Source: an uncultured bacterium
Lineage (GTDB): Bacteria > Hydrogenedentota > CAZGCA01 > CBFDCQ01
DNA length: 64,000 bases
Direction of reading: 5' to 3'
Assembly: GCA_965603355.1 (NCBI GenBank)
Contig: CBFDCQ010000001.1
Span: 106,350 to 170,349, forward strand
Shown one piece after another: positions 1 to 9,341 of the stretch. A program made the position numbers and the translations under genes. Within the stretch, counting starts at the first letter, position 1; each line of letters opens with the position of its first letter. The notes beneath the pieces were generated by a model. That model was not told the origin of the DNA. It made no database searches and saw nothing but the letters and a program-made list of their open reading frames with translations.

Positions 1-291
1 CTGGACGAAAAGCTGGAGTCCGCGGTCGGCGATCTCGTGGGATGGCTCGGGGACGACGTTGTCGGACGACTTAACACGTGCCTTGCGCTGCTGGGTAACG
101 GCAGAAGTGACGACAGGATCTCCGGCGTCAAGCTCGTCGTCAATCAGCTCGTTTCAGACCTGCAGGAACGCACGTCACCGTTTGGCAACAACGAAGAGGG
201 TCCACACACCGAGGAAGCGTCGCCGGAACCGGATTCGGCTGAAACGCGGGAGGAGCCTGAGCAAGAGGAGATTCCTCCGCCGGACCTCTAA
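1..291 (+). CDS. C-terminal fragment of a CDS that starts upstream of the window; acidic Glu/Pro-rich tail
   Basis: Frame 1 is open from nt 1 and in frame with ORF 37..291, stop at 289-291. No recognisable domain. Confidence 0.25.
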   Translation: MDEKLESAVGDLVGWLGDDVVGRLNTCLALLGNGRSDDRISGVKLVVNQLVSDLQERTSPFGNNEEGPHTEEASPEPDSAETREEPEQEEIPPPDL

Positions 292-306
292 TCGCCTCTT
301 CTATTC

Positions 307-1137
307 TCACCAGCGGAGATGGTTATCCTCTCCGACCAGTTCCTTGAACCGGCCCGTGACGATGAGCTCCTTGTTCTTCTTTCTTTCCGCGACCCTTTGC
401 CGCAACCTCTCGAGTTCACTTTCTATGGAGCTCATCTTCTCCGTGTATCCGTTGAGCTTCAAATCGAACAGTTCATTGAGGTTCGCCTTCAGCTTTGAAT
501 GCGCCTCCGTTCGTTTAGCTTCATCGTCGGCAGTTCTATACTGCCGTGCAAGGTCGCGGCTTTGGCTTTCGAGCTCAACCGCCCGTTGACGGTCCTTCTC
601 CGCGTAAGCGTACCGCTCCGGTGCGAAAGAATCCAACACATATGAGCCACGGCGGCCCACAACGGTCCTTCCATCGACCATCATGGCAGGTAGTTTGACC
701 ATCGAACGCTCAAGCAACTCGCGAGCGTTGTCCCGACTCTTCCGCATTTGCATATACGCCTGGGCAAGATTCTCGCCAGCATGTTCATGGACGACCTCTA
801 TCCTCCCGGTACGTTCGTTCATAAGTGCGCGGGCCTTCTCGAGAAGCTTGGCCAGTTCTTCGTCCATTGCTTCCGAGGTGATAACCAGACGGTTAAGCTC
901 TTTCCTCAAGTCAACGTCCGCCCCCTTCAAAAGCTTCAGTTCGGTTTCGAGATCGTCCAGGAGATCTTCGCCGTCAATAGTGATCTTCACCCTGCTGGTT
1001 TGTTTCACTTCGGGCACCTTCTCCTCCACAGCGGCGTAATAACGAGTTACCCCCATCTTGTCCTCGACGCCAATTGTCAGCCCTGAAACGGTGACCAGCA
1101 CTGTGGCGGCTTTCATCAATGCAGCAACACTAATCAT
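307..1137 (-). CDS. secreted coiled-coil hypothetical protein, last gene of the ECF sigma/anti-sigma operon
   Basis: 276-aa ORF with a hydrophobic N-terminal signal-like segment (MKAATVLVTVSGLTIGV) and long charged Glu/Lys/Arg-rich helices. It lies 22 nt downstream of the anti-sigma gene on the same strand. Confidence 0.55.
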   Translation of the reverse strand: MISVAALMKAATVLVTVSGLTIGVEDKMGVTRYYAAVEEKVPEVKQTSRVKITIDGEDLLDDLETELKLLKGADVDLRKELNRLVITSEAMDEELAKLLEKARALMNERTGRIEVVHEHAGENLAQAYMQMRKSRDNARELLERSMVKLPAMMVDGRTVVGRRGSYVLDSFAPERYAYAEKDRQRAVELESQSRDLARQYRTADDEAKRTEAHSKLKANLNELFDLKLNGYTEKMSSIESELERLRQRVAERKKNKELIVTGRFKELVGEDNHLRW

Positions 1138-1159
1138 GATTCGGTTCCTCCTCTCCTGG

Positions 1160-1810
1160 TTACTCCTGCTCTAAATCCAGCGCTAACTTGAAAACAGCGT
1201 TCTCCAGCCCATGCACGCGCCTATCAAAGACGGGCATCATCTCGCGTGCCATCTGCTGGTCCATATAGAAAGTGTTGGCCTCGAGGCTGGCCAGCCGTGC
1301 CTCGAGATCTGATGGTGCGCGCATCGGCCCGACGAGTCCGTCGCGTCCCTCGGAGAACACGACGGCATGTAAGGGGAGTCTCTCGTCAGTTTGCGGCGGA
1401 ACCGGAGGTTCCGCAACATACACCGGCGGCTCGTATGGAGGCGGTGATGAAGGTCGTCCTACAACATACACCTTGAACGCTACCGCAGCGAGCAGGACGA
1501 TACAGGAAACCACCGCTGCTATGCCGACGCGCGCACCATACCATCTGTTTCCCCACAGCGCACCTGCAGCTCGTCGACCGGAGTCCGTGACACCGACCTC
1601 GGCGGCCCGACGGATGGATTCTATCGTTCGAGCGGTCGGCGCGGGAACGTCGCGGTCTCCTGCGCGTTCAATCACGGCTCGAAACGCCTCGAACGTTTCC
1701 CGGCACGTCACGCATCGGTCGAGATGACGTTCAAGCTGTCGACGCGCTTCATCCGCCAGCTCGTCGTGCAGGTACAGTACGATCAGCTTATTGTATCTAC
1801 GACATCTCAA
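1160..1810 (-). CDS. zinc-finger (HxxxCxxC) transmembrane anti-sigma factor
   Basis: N-terminal 'HLDRCVTCRE' matches the zinc-binding anti-sigma domain motif. There is a single TM helix (IAAVVSCIVLLAAVAF) followed by a Pro-rich periplasmic part. Its start codon overlaps the stop of the upstream ECF sigma gene by 4 nt. Confidence 0.7.
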   Translation of the reverse strand: MRCRRYNKLIVLYLHDELADEARRQLERHLDRCVTCRETFEAFRAVIERAGDRDVPAPTARTIESIRRAAEVGVTDSGRRAAGALWGNRWYGARVGIAAVVSCIVLLAAVAFKVYVVGRPSSPPPYEPPVYVAEPPVPPQTDERLPLHAVVFSEGRDGLVGPMRAPSDLEARLASLEANTFYMDQQMAREMMPVFDRRVHGLENAVFKLALDLEQE

Positions 1811-2397
1811 TATGATTCCTCCTCACTCTTAAGTTCCGCCCGGAGCTTCTCGAGCGCGTAATGCATTCTGGCCAGGACGGTGCCGATAGGACGTCGCTGA
1901 ACCAGCGCTATCTCCTTGAAAGGCATACCGGCATACTCTCTGAGCACAAAAACCTCCCTTTGCGCTGCAGGCAAGGTCTCGATAGCCCTGTCGATCCAGT
2001 TCTGCTTCTCGCGGCTGACTGCGACGTTGCGAGGGCTCGGTTTGCTGTCCGGCAGGTCCAGCACCGGTTGTCTCGACTCAACGTCGTTGGAACTCATCGT
2101 CCCGATCCTCACAGGGTTGCCTCTGACCATCAACTCTCTCACTCTGTCACGTGCCAGGTTTCTGGCGATCTTGTAGAGCCACGCGCGGAACTTGCCTCTT
2201 GCACGGTACCTTGGCAACGCCGCGATGGCCCTTAGGAATGCCTCTTGGAACAGGTCTTCAACATCCTCGCGTGAGCCGACCATCGAGTACAGATACGAGA
2301 ATAGCCCTCGCTGATGACGCTCGAACAGCTTGTCAAACGCCGCAACATCTCCCGCGAGATAACTGGCGACTAAATTGTCGTCGTAATTGGGCTCCAT
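1807..2397 (-). CDS. RNA polymerase ECF-type sigma-70 family factor
   Basis: Sigma-70 region 2 (FDKLFERHQRGLFSYLYSMVGSREDVEDLFQEAFLRA) and region 4 (LPAAQREVFVLREYAGMPFKEIALVQRRPIGTVLARMHYALEKLR) are present. The 196-aa length is typical of ECF sigma factors. Confidence 0.9.
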   Translation of the reverse strand: MEPNYDDNLVASYLAGDVAAFDKLFERHQRGLFSYLYSMVGSREDVEDLFQEAFLRAIAALPRYRARGKFRAWLYKIARNLARDRVRELMVRGNPVRIGTMSSNDVESRQPVLDLPDSKPSPRNVAVSREKQNWIDRAIETLPAAQREVFVLREYAGMPFKEIALVQRRPIGTVLARMHYALEKLRAELKSEEESY

Positions 2398-2587
2398 ATC
2401 GCTGCTTTCTATACCTAACTAACGGCAAACTTCCGATTATATTGTATAACGCGGCGCAGTTTTTTCAAAGTCTATCGTAACCTCAGGGAGGGGCGACCTC
2501 AGAGGCGAGTGTCCCGCGGCGGACATTCCTCTCACAATTGACATCACGACCGGCCCGCTGCTAGACTCTTTCCAATGAAGGATGACG

Positions 2588-3388
2588 ATGAAAGTAGCTA
2601 GCGTAGAGTTCCAGAATTACACCCGGTCTGTCGCGGAAGCGCTCGACCGGATCGCAGCGGCGGCGACCATCGCCGTCCAGGGTAAGATCATACTCAAACC
2701 GAATGTGATCACCGACTCGCCGCCTCCCATCACCACGCCGGCGGCGTGTGTTGAGGCGGTCCTCGACTACTGTCGTGCAAACTCCGACGCTGAGGTCGTC
2801 ATCGCGGAAGGTTGTGGCGCGCTTGACACGCATGAGGCTTTCAAGAAGCTCGGCTACACCGATCTCGCACGACGCAAAGACGTCCAACTGATCGATCTCG
2901 ACGGCGAAGACACGGTCAAGTTGAAAAACCCCTCTCTGAAGTACCTCCCCGAATTCCATATGCCGCGATGTCTCACGGACGGGTTTCTCGTCTCAATACC
3001 GGTGCTCAAAGCCCATTCCATGTCGAAGGTGACGTTGACGCTGAAGAACATGGTTGGAATAGCGCCCGCCGAACACTATTGCGCGAGCTACTACAGGAAA
3101 TCGGCCCTGCACGGCAGAAACAACCGCGAGCTCCACCGGTACATCGTCGAGCTGAACCAGTACCGCAAACCCGACCTGACCGTGATGGACGCCACCGTCG
3201 GCATGGCGGAATCGCATCTTGGCGGCAAACGATGTAAACCGCCAGTGAACAAGATCCTTGCCGGCTTCGACCCCGTGGCTATAGACGCGGCCGGCACACA
3301 GCTTCTAGGTTTCGACTGGCGCAAGATAGACCACATCCGGCTTGCGAACGGGTTGTTGGGGACTGTCGAGGGACTTTCGGGCGGGTGA
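2588..3388 (+). CDS. DUF362 domain-containing protein
   Basis: The ORF track starts at 2582; the second ATG at 2588 (MKVASVEF...) sits 6 nt after AAGGA. The sequence resembles DUF362 family proteins (KPNV...D..P..TT....V.AV). A paralogue lies at 60065-61213. Confidence 0.65.
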   Translation: MKVASVEFQNYTRSVAEALDRIAAAATIAVQGKIILKPNVITDSPPPITTPAACVEAVLDYCRANSDAEVVIAEGCGALDTHEAFKKLGYTDLARRKDVQLIDLDGEDTVKLKNPSLKYLPEFHMPRCLTDGFLVSIPVLKAHSMSKVTLTLKNMVGIAPAEHYCASYYRKSALHGRNNRELHRYIVELNQYRKPDLTVMDATVGMAESHLGGKRCKPPVNKILAGFDPVAIDAAGTQLLGFDWRKIDHIRLANGLLGTVEGLSGG

Positions 3389-3400
3389 CAGGAGTGCCGC

Positions 3401-6400
3401 TTACCCTCCAACCGGCACGATCAACTCCACGGTGTTGTTCAATCCGTTTATCTCTTGAACTGCGTTGTCCGGATCGACGATCACCTTGAGGTGACACGTT
3501 CGGGCACGTTTCGGTGCCCAGATTATCGCGACATCTGCGATCTTCGGTTCCAGATCGTTCGGCGCGTCGAGCTTCTCTATGACCGCTTCGCCCAGACGTT
3601 GACCTCCCTCTTCAAGCACGACGCTCACGTTTTCGGCACCGGCAGAGCCAATGTTATGGACCGCGACGCGTACAGTAACGTTGTGCCCGGCGCGAGGCTC
3701 AAACGGCCGAACCTCCACATCGCCGTCGGTCACCGCCAGATCAGGCAGATTCTGAGGTGGAGGTTTACCTTTCTCGATCTGGGCAACCTGTATGAGGGTC
3801 ATCTCGCGACCTGTCAGTTCCACCTGAACGGGAGTGCCCCGTTCCTTGACCTCGACGACCTGTTCAGGGACCTCCTGATCGTGTTGGCCGTCACCGTCCC
3901 GGTCCGGTCCGACGCGCAACTGGTACTTGCCGGGCTCCAACCTCCACAGTTTCAGGTACACCTTTCTGCCAACCGGTTCAAAGTTGTACGCAAGCACTTT
4001 GAGCGACCGGCGCGTCGCGTTCGTGACCAGCGCGGCAAAGTCCCGTCTGGTTCCCGACCAGGTTACCGCATAGTATGGGTACTCCGCGCCCGAGCCGCAT
4101 CCGCCCGTGTACATCGACAGGAGATCGTCCACCCCGCGAACGTTCACGGAGTCCGTGAACTTAACCTCGCTCGTCAGCAGCGGGAAATTGTATTTCGTGC
4201 TGTTTATGGAATCCCGACAGGCCTGCACCAAGTGCGTCTTATCGCCCGTCAGGAGGAATCTCGTGTACGGGGCACCTCGCGCCGCCAGGTAATCATCAAA
4301 CGGTGTGACTCGCTTCAGCAAGCGGAGCTTGCACCCGAATCGGGCAAACCCGCTTTCGTCAAGCATCTTTGCCGCCCAGCCCGCAGTGCCTTCCGCCGCG
4401 TCCCCGGCCGGGTTTTGCCAGTGCCCCTGCGCGATTTCCAGCCCGGAGTCGATCGGATACAACAACTGCAGGTCGCCCGTCAAGTCGTACGTCGCGAGTA
4501 GCTGATCGTATAGTGGTGCTGCCGCGCCGGAGCCCCAGTTGTAATCGTCCGAGCGAAGACCGGCGCGGTGCCAACTGTCCGAGTACCCGCCGATCTCGTC
4601 TCGCGCGAAAGAGACCGCCGCCGGAACGACACCCTGTGGTTTACCTTTTTCGGTGCGCAGCGCGTCCTCCACCCATGCCTTCCCCCAGTCCTCAAACAGT
4701 CTAACCAGGGCCGGATTGTGGTTGTACCAACACAACCATCGTCCCGGCTCGGCGGCACGGGCGTTCATGGGGACATCGACCGCGCGCGGCCGTCCTTCAT
4801 CAACGTTCTTTGAAGAGAACCACGCGGACTTGAAATGTAGATGCCCGCGCTCGTTTACGCCTGTCCAGACGTCGCGCATGTGTCTCATCGTTTCCATACA
4901 GCGTTCGATGTAGAGCGGGTTGCCGTAGTCCACCGCGACCATAAGGGGCAGTGTGTTGCTCGTGAACCTTGCGCCGTGCTTAACGTCCCGTACGGTCGCG
5001 CAATAACCCTCCTCTACAGCGTCCGAAGCCCAGATCTGTTCCGCCAGCCTGCGTATGGCTCCGCGAGCGCCGTCGTCGTCCGCAACGAGCACGGCGATCA
5101 GCCACCAACGCAGCAACTCGCTGTCCTTCTCAAGCCCGCTGCCGAACTCGCCGTCTTGAGTCTGTGCATCACCAACCCAGTAGTCGATCACTTCCATGAC
5201 CCTGCGAAGCGCTTCCCTTTGAGCGGCCGCCCACGGCGGCGCGCCTCCCGCCTCCACGGAATAGGCCGTGGGATGCGCGATCTGCTTGCCTCGATACATC
5301 GCGAGCAAGTCAAAATCGGGATAATCGTCAGCGAGCATCCTCAAAACCTGGTCCGCCTCCCGACGCTGGTACCCACTATGCTGGTCACGCCACATCCAGT
5401 ACCATATTCTTCCGAGATACCATACGGCCTGATCGTACAGCGGATCCCGAGGATCAGCGGCTATCTGCGCCATGAGGTCCGCCGCTATCGTGAACCTCTG
5501 CCGAACCGATAAACCGGTCTGCTGCTCGGCATAACTCCATGCGCCGAGATCGTAGTAGTAGACGCCAAGCAGGTACTTCTGCACCAGATCGAACCGGTTG
5601 GCCAGTTGCGTTTCATACGATGCGGCATATTGCGTGAGCGACCGTGCAGCATCCCGTACGAGCGATTTGGCGTTGTTTGCGTCCAACCTTCCGCCAATCG
5701 CGAGCTTGCAGTACGCCCGAAGCGTTTCATCAGGTATGTATCCGAACTGTTTCATGGCCAACTCATACTGGCCGACGTCGAACAGCTTCTTGCCCCGCTC
5801 GTAAACCGGAAAACCAAGCGGCGCGTCCGAAACCAGCTTCCCTTCTTCCACCCTGAAAGGTTCGTACGCAGGTACCTTGAAAACGATGCCGTTAACTTCG
5901 ACACCTTCATCGCAGGTCACGCGGATCGTCGTGGAATTCGCCTTGACCTCCAGGGGAAATCGCAGTGTCCTGCGCGGCCGCCCGGGCAGAGCATCGACGA
6001 ATCTGCCGGATTTGGCCATGAGAACACCCTCGGCGTAGACGCGCACATCCATGCCTGCCCGGCGGCTTTCTCCCACGGTGACCTCCACGAAGTACGTGCC
6101 AGACGGAACGTCGGCGCGGAAGTCAACCTGGCGCGACCCAACAACCCCATCGCGACTCAACTCGTCGGCGGTGAGGTCGTTTCGGACCTCCACCTCTCTG
6201 TCCGGTGCCTGTGTCCAGCCGTACCGTTTCGTCGGATCGTAGAGGCTCTCCTTGGTTACCTTCGTGTATCCCTGCTTAAGAGTGCTGTTGACGTCGCCCA
6301 TGTCGTAACCGTAGTTGGTGGCTGCGTCAGCGCGTGAGATGTGAATGCATAATGCCGCTGCAAGAACAGAGGTTGTTGCACAAGCAACTGTGAGACTTGA

Positions 6401-6415
6401 CTGGAATAACCGCAT
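3401..6415 (-). CDS. large secreted multidomain protein: N-terminal beta-sandwich, (alpha/alpha)-toroid-like putative polysaccharide-active domain, C-terminal CARDB domain
   Basis: Probable start is MRLFQSS... at 6415, with GGAGGA 9 nt upstream, rather than the ORF-track start at 6463. A signal peptide is followed by a Trp/Tyr-rich helical core, and the C-terminus (HNVTVRVAVHNIGSAGAENVSVVLEE...TVELIVPV) looks like a CARDB domain. The catalytic assignment is inferential. Confidence 0.55.
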   Translation of the reverse strand: MRLFQSSLTVACATTSVLAAALCIHISRADAATNYGYDMGDVNSTLKQGYTKVTKESLYDPTKRYGWTQAPDREVEVRNDLTADELSRDGVVGSRQVDFRADVPSGTYFVEVTVGESRRAGMDVRVYAEGVLMAKSGRFVDALPGRPRRTLRFPLEVKANSTTIRVTCDEGVEVNGIVFKVPAYEPFRVEEGKLVSDAPLGFPVYERGKKLFDVGQYELAMKQFGYIPDETLRAYCKLAIGGRLDANNAKSLVRDAARSLTQYAASYETQLANRFDLVQKYLLGVYYYDLGAWSYAEQQTGLSVRQRFTIAADLMAQIAADPRDPLYDQAVWYLGRIWYWMWRDQHSGYQRREADQVLRMLADDYPDFDLLAMYRGKQIAHPTAYSVEAGGAPPWAAAQREALRRVMEVIDYWVGDAQTQDGEFGSGLEKDSELLRWWLIAVLVADDDGARGAIRRLAEQIWASDAVEEGYCATVRDVKHGARFTSNTLPLMVAVDYGNPLYIERCMETMRHMRDVWTGVNERGHLHFKSAWFSSKNVDEGRPRAVDVPMNARAAEPGRWLCWYNHNPALVRLFEDWGKAWVEDALRTEKGKPQGVVPAAVSFARDEIGGYSDSWHRAGLRSDDYNWGSGAAAPLYDQLLATYDLTGDLQLLYPIDSGLEIAQGHWQNPAGDAAEGTAGWAAKMLDESGFARFGCKLRLLKRVTPFDDYLAARGAPYTRFLLTGDKTHLVQACRDSINSTKYNFPLLTSEVKFTDSVNVRGVDDLLSMYTGGCGSGAEYPYYAVTWSGTRRDFAALVTNATRRSLKVLAYNFEPVGRKVYLKLWRLEPGKYQLRVGPDRDGDGQHDQEVPEQVVEVKERGTPVQVELTGREMTLIQVAQIEKGKPPPQNLPDLAVTDGDVEVRPFEPRAGHNVTVRVAVHNIGSAGAENVSVVLEEGGQRLGEAVIEKLDAPNDLEPKIADVAIIWAPKRARTCHLKVIVDPDNAVQEINGLNNTVELIVPVGG

Positions 6416-6600
6416 CTTTGGCCATCCTCCTCGAATTACGCCACCAATCGTGCTCTGGCCCACTCAGATCTTACCAGAATACCCGGCACATTGGCAACAG
6501 ATCGCGCCTAACGTACCGAAATCGCTATATTTGGGATGCAATTCAAACGGTTTTGTGCTAACGTACCGGAGAAAAGCGGCTCAACGGAGGTACTCGACTA

Positions 6601-8328
6601 TTGTTGCACCAGATTGACTGGTGGGTAATCGGAGCTTACTGCGCGCTTGCACTCGCCATAGGCGTCTACTTTTCCAAACGTGCGAGCAAGAATATAAGCG
6701 AATTCTTCATTGCCGGCAGGAACCTGCCGTGGTGGATCGCGGGCACATCGATAGTGGCCACGACGTTCGCGGTTGACACACCGCTGGCAGTATCCGGTCT
6801 CGTGCGAACGCAGGGAATTGCGGGCAACTGGCTGTGGTGGAACATACTCATGGGCAGTATGTTCGCGACCTTCTTCTACGCGCGGCTGTGGCGGCGCGCC
6901 AAGATACTCACCGACGTCGAACTCATCGAGCTGCGCTACGCCGGCAAACCGGCTTCGATACTGCGTGGCTCGCTTGCCCTTTACCGGTCCATACTGCTGA
7001 ACTGTATCACAATAGGCTGGGTTATGCAGGCTATGGTCAAGATCTCGGCGGCGTTTCTGCCGTGGTCGAAAGGTGTGCTCATACCGGTTGCGCTCGGATT
7101 GGTGCTTCTATACAGCGCGTTGAGCGGTTTCTGGGGCGTTGTGATGACCGACCTTGTGCAGTTCGTTATCGCGATGGTCGGTTCCATCACGCTGGCAGTG
7201 ATCGCGATGAACAATGTGGGAGGTGTCGCTGTCCTCAAGGAGAAACTGACTTCAGAAACACTGAGTTTCGCGCCGCAAGTTGGCGCAGGACAGTTGGCAC
7301 TGTTCACGTTCGTGGTGTATATAGGCGTCCAATGGTGGGCTACGGGAACTGCCGAGGGCGGCGGCTACATCGCACAGCGGTTATTCTCCACAAAGAACGA
7401 GCGTCACTCCGTCCTGGCAAGCCTCTGGTTCACTTTCGCGCATTACGCGCTGCGTCCATGGCCGTGGATCATCGTAGGGCTCGTATCGATGGTTAAGTTC
7501 GTCGATCTGCCCGCTGACCAGGCGGAAAGCGCCTATCCCATGATGCTCATGGAATTTCTGCCGGTAGGTCTGCGCGGGCTTACCATCGCCAGCCTGTTCG
7601 CGGCGTTCATGTCGACGATGGACACGCAGCTCAACTGGGGCGCGTCATACCTCATTAACGATTTCTACCGCCGGTTCATCAGGAAGAACGCCTCCGATCG
7701 GCACTACGTCCTGGTGTCGCGGATAGCCATGGTGGCAATCGCGATCGTTGGCGGTACCGTCGCTTACTTCACCACATCCATAGCGAACGCATGGCGGTTT
7801 CTGTTCACTCTGACCTCCGGCGTCGGACTGGTTCTCCTGCTGAGATGGTATTGGTGGCGGATAAACGCATGGTCGGAAATGTCGGCGCTCGTCGCGAGCG
7901 GCATTGTTGCGACGGTTCTTAACCTGTGGCCGCGATTCAGCGGGACAGATCTTTTTGCCATGCGGCTGCTCATCACGACTGCTGTATCCACCGTGGTCTG
8001 GGTGACCGTGACGTTCCTGACACCGCCGGTTCCAAGGGAACATCTGAAGAGCTTCTACCGCAGAGTGCGTCCCGGCGCGGGTTTCTGGGGCCCCATAAAG
8101 AGACTGCTGCCCGAAATACATGTCGAGAACCGCGGGTGGCGCGATTTTGGATGCTGGATCGGCGGGGTCGTATCCGTGTACAGCGCGATGTTTGGTATCG
8201 GCAAGCTTCTGCTCGGAGAACCTTGGCTGGGGACCGCGATGCTGATCGTGTCGGGCTTCACCGCGGCTATGGTACTTCGCACCGTCGCGCAAGGTGAATC
8301 GACAGAAACGCACGCCGACACGAAATGA
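6601..8328 (+). CDS. sodium:solute symporter family (SSF) transporter
   Basis: 575 aa with ~13 predicted TM helices and SSF-like motifs (FFIAGRNLPWWIAGTSIVATTF, GVQWWATGT). The TTG start at 6601 lies 10 nt after GGAGG. Confidence 0.8.
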   Translation: MLHQIDWWVIGAYCALALAIGVYFSKRASKNISEFFIAGRNLPWWIAGTSIVATTFAVDTPLAVSGLVRTQGIAGNWLWWNILMGSMFATFFYARLWRRAKILTDVELIELRYAGKPASILRGSLALYRSILLNCITIGWVMQAMVKISAAFLPWSKGVLIPVALGLVLLYSALSGFWGVVMTDLVQFVIAMVGSITLAVIAMNNVGGVAVLKEKLTSETLSFAPQVGAGQLALFTFVVYIGVQWWATGTAEGGGYIAQRLFSTKNERHSVLASLWFTFAHYALRPWPWIIVGLVSMVKFVDLPADQAESAYPMMLMEFLPVGLRGLTIASLFAAFMSTMDTQLNWGASYLINDFYRRFIRKNASDRHYVLVSRIAMVAIAIVGGTVAYFTTSIANAWRFLFTLTSGVGLVLLLRWYWWRINAWSEMSALVASGIVATVLNLWPRFSGTDLFAMRLLITTAVSTVVWVTVTFLTPPVPREHLKSFYRRVRPGAGFWGPIKRLLPEIHVENRGWRDFGCWIGGVVSVYSAMFGIGKLLLGEPWLGTAMLIVSGFTAAMVLRTVAQGESTETHADTK

Positions 8329-8395
8329 GAACCGGCGGAAGGGTAGGGGAGGGCACCATCCCGACCCGCGCCCAGAGGCTGCGGCCACATCCCAG

Positions 8396-8418
8396 GTAGG
8401 CCGGGCATCCTGCCCGGC
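8396..8418 (+). repeat. REP-like element: GTAG followed by a GC-rich palindrome (GTAGGCCGGGCATCCTGCCCGGC)
   Basis: Perfect 8-bp stem ccgggca/tgcccgg with a 3-nt loop directly after GTAG. Nearly identical to the minus-strand unit at 10811-10833. Confidence 0.6.
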
Positions 8419-8431
8419 ACACGCCGTCCCG

Positions 8432-8731
8432 CTACTCGGGCACCCAAATCTTCTTCGCCTCGATAATCTCAACCGTCGGCTTCAACGACAGCGGAATGCC
8501 CGATTCCGTGAAGAAGATCAGCCCTTTGTAACTAGTCAAGTACAGATACTTGGTGGAAATGAACCGGCTCGTCGCACAGACTACCAACGGCGTTTCAGAC
8601 CGGTCTATTATCGCTTCGAAACTGTTCGGCTCAACGCTGACGACAGCGCCCGACGCTTTGATAGCTTGCGCGAACGACTCATCATCTCCTCCCAAAGGAA
8701 TTCCCGCTCCAGGAACACCGAGAATACCCAT
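8432..8731 (-). CDS. hypothetical protein (99 aa)
   Basis: The second ATG (MGILGVPGAG...) lies 8 nt after AAGGAGG. No recognisable domain. Confidence 0.4.
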   Translation of the reverse strand: MGILGVPGAGIPLGGDDESFAQAIKASGAVVSVEPNSFEAIIDRSETPLVVCATSRFISTKYLYLTSYKGLIFFTESGIPLSLKPTVEIIEAKKIWVPE

Positions 8732-8756
8732 GCAGTGCACCTCCTTTCCGTTAGCT

Positions 8757-9341
8757 TCAGCCTGTCCGTCCTAGAATCTTTCCGATCGCCTCCGCGAGCT
8801 CTTCCGCTCTCTGCGACCCAATCATTATATGTCTGCCGGTTCCATAGTTCAACCGCACGCCGCGGTCACCGCTCACGTTATATGCTCTTCCTCCCCGGCC
8901 CCCCTTGATACCCCAACCACCGTACTCGCGGATCGGCCTGTACGTCAGCGCCGCAAAGCTCTCGAGGTCATCCAGCGGTATCCTCCGAAAAGAGAGGTGA
9001 AAAGGCACCAACCGGATGTACAGCCCGTCGGAACGCACTTCCGTTATCAGCTTACAGAAAGCGAAAAGGGCGATGATTCCTAAGTGGAAGAGAATGCAAA
9101 GCGTGCCGGTTACGGCAAGCCCGGTATCCGACATCGGTCTGTCACCCCACGTTTCGCCAAACACGAGCTGCTGGACCATACCCCAAACGAACAACCCGAC
9201 CGCAGCCAACACGGCAACCACAATGAGCGCCCATAACCAGCGCTGCGTGAACCGCTGCACTTCCCGGAAAACCACATCCCTCTCACCATTCATTCTCGGT
9301 CCTCCTTCGTCATTCCAATCTCGCAGTAATCCGGCCGACAA
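8757..9341 (-). CDS. membrane protein, bacterial PH-domain-like
   Basis: Two TM helices (LWALIVVAVLAAVGLFVWG, LCILFHLGIIALFAFC) are followed by a short soluble domain. Its start abuts the stop of the upstream gene at 9342, suggesting an operon. Confidence 0.5.
   Translation of the reverse strand: MSAGLLRDWNDEGGPRMNGERDVVFREVQRFTQRWLWALIVVAVLAAVGLFVWGMVQQLVFGETWGDRPMSDTGLAVTGTLCILFHLGIIALFAFCKLITEVRSDGLYIRLVPFHLSFRRIPLDDLESFAALTYRPIREYGGWGIKGGRGGRAYNVSGDRGVRLNYGTGRHIMIGSQRAEELAEAIGKILGRTG

Noticed and set aside
3455-4501. 348-aa plus-strand ORF
   Set aside because: It is entirely antisense to the well-supported 1000-aa secreted-protein gene. It has an Arg-rich composition typical of GC-rich antisense frames.
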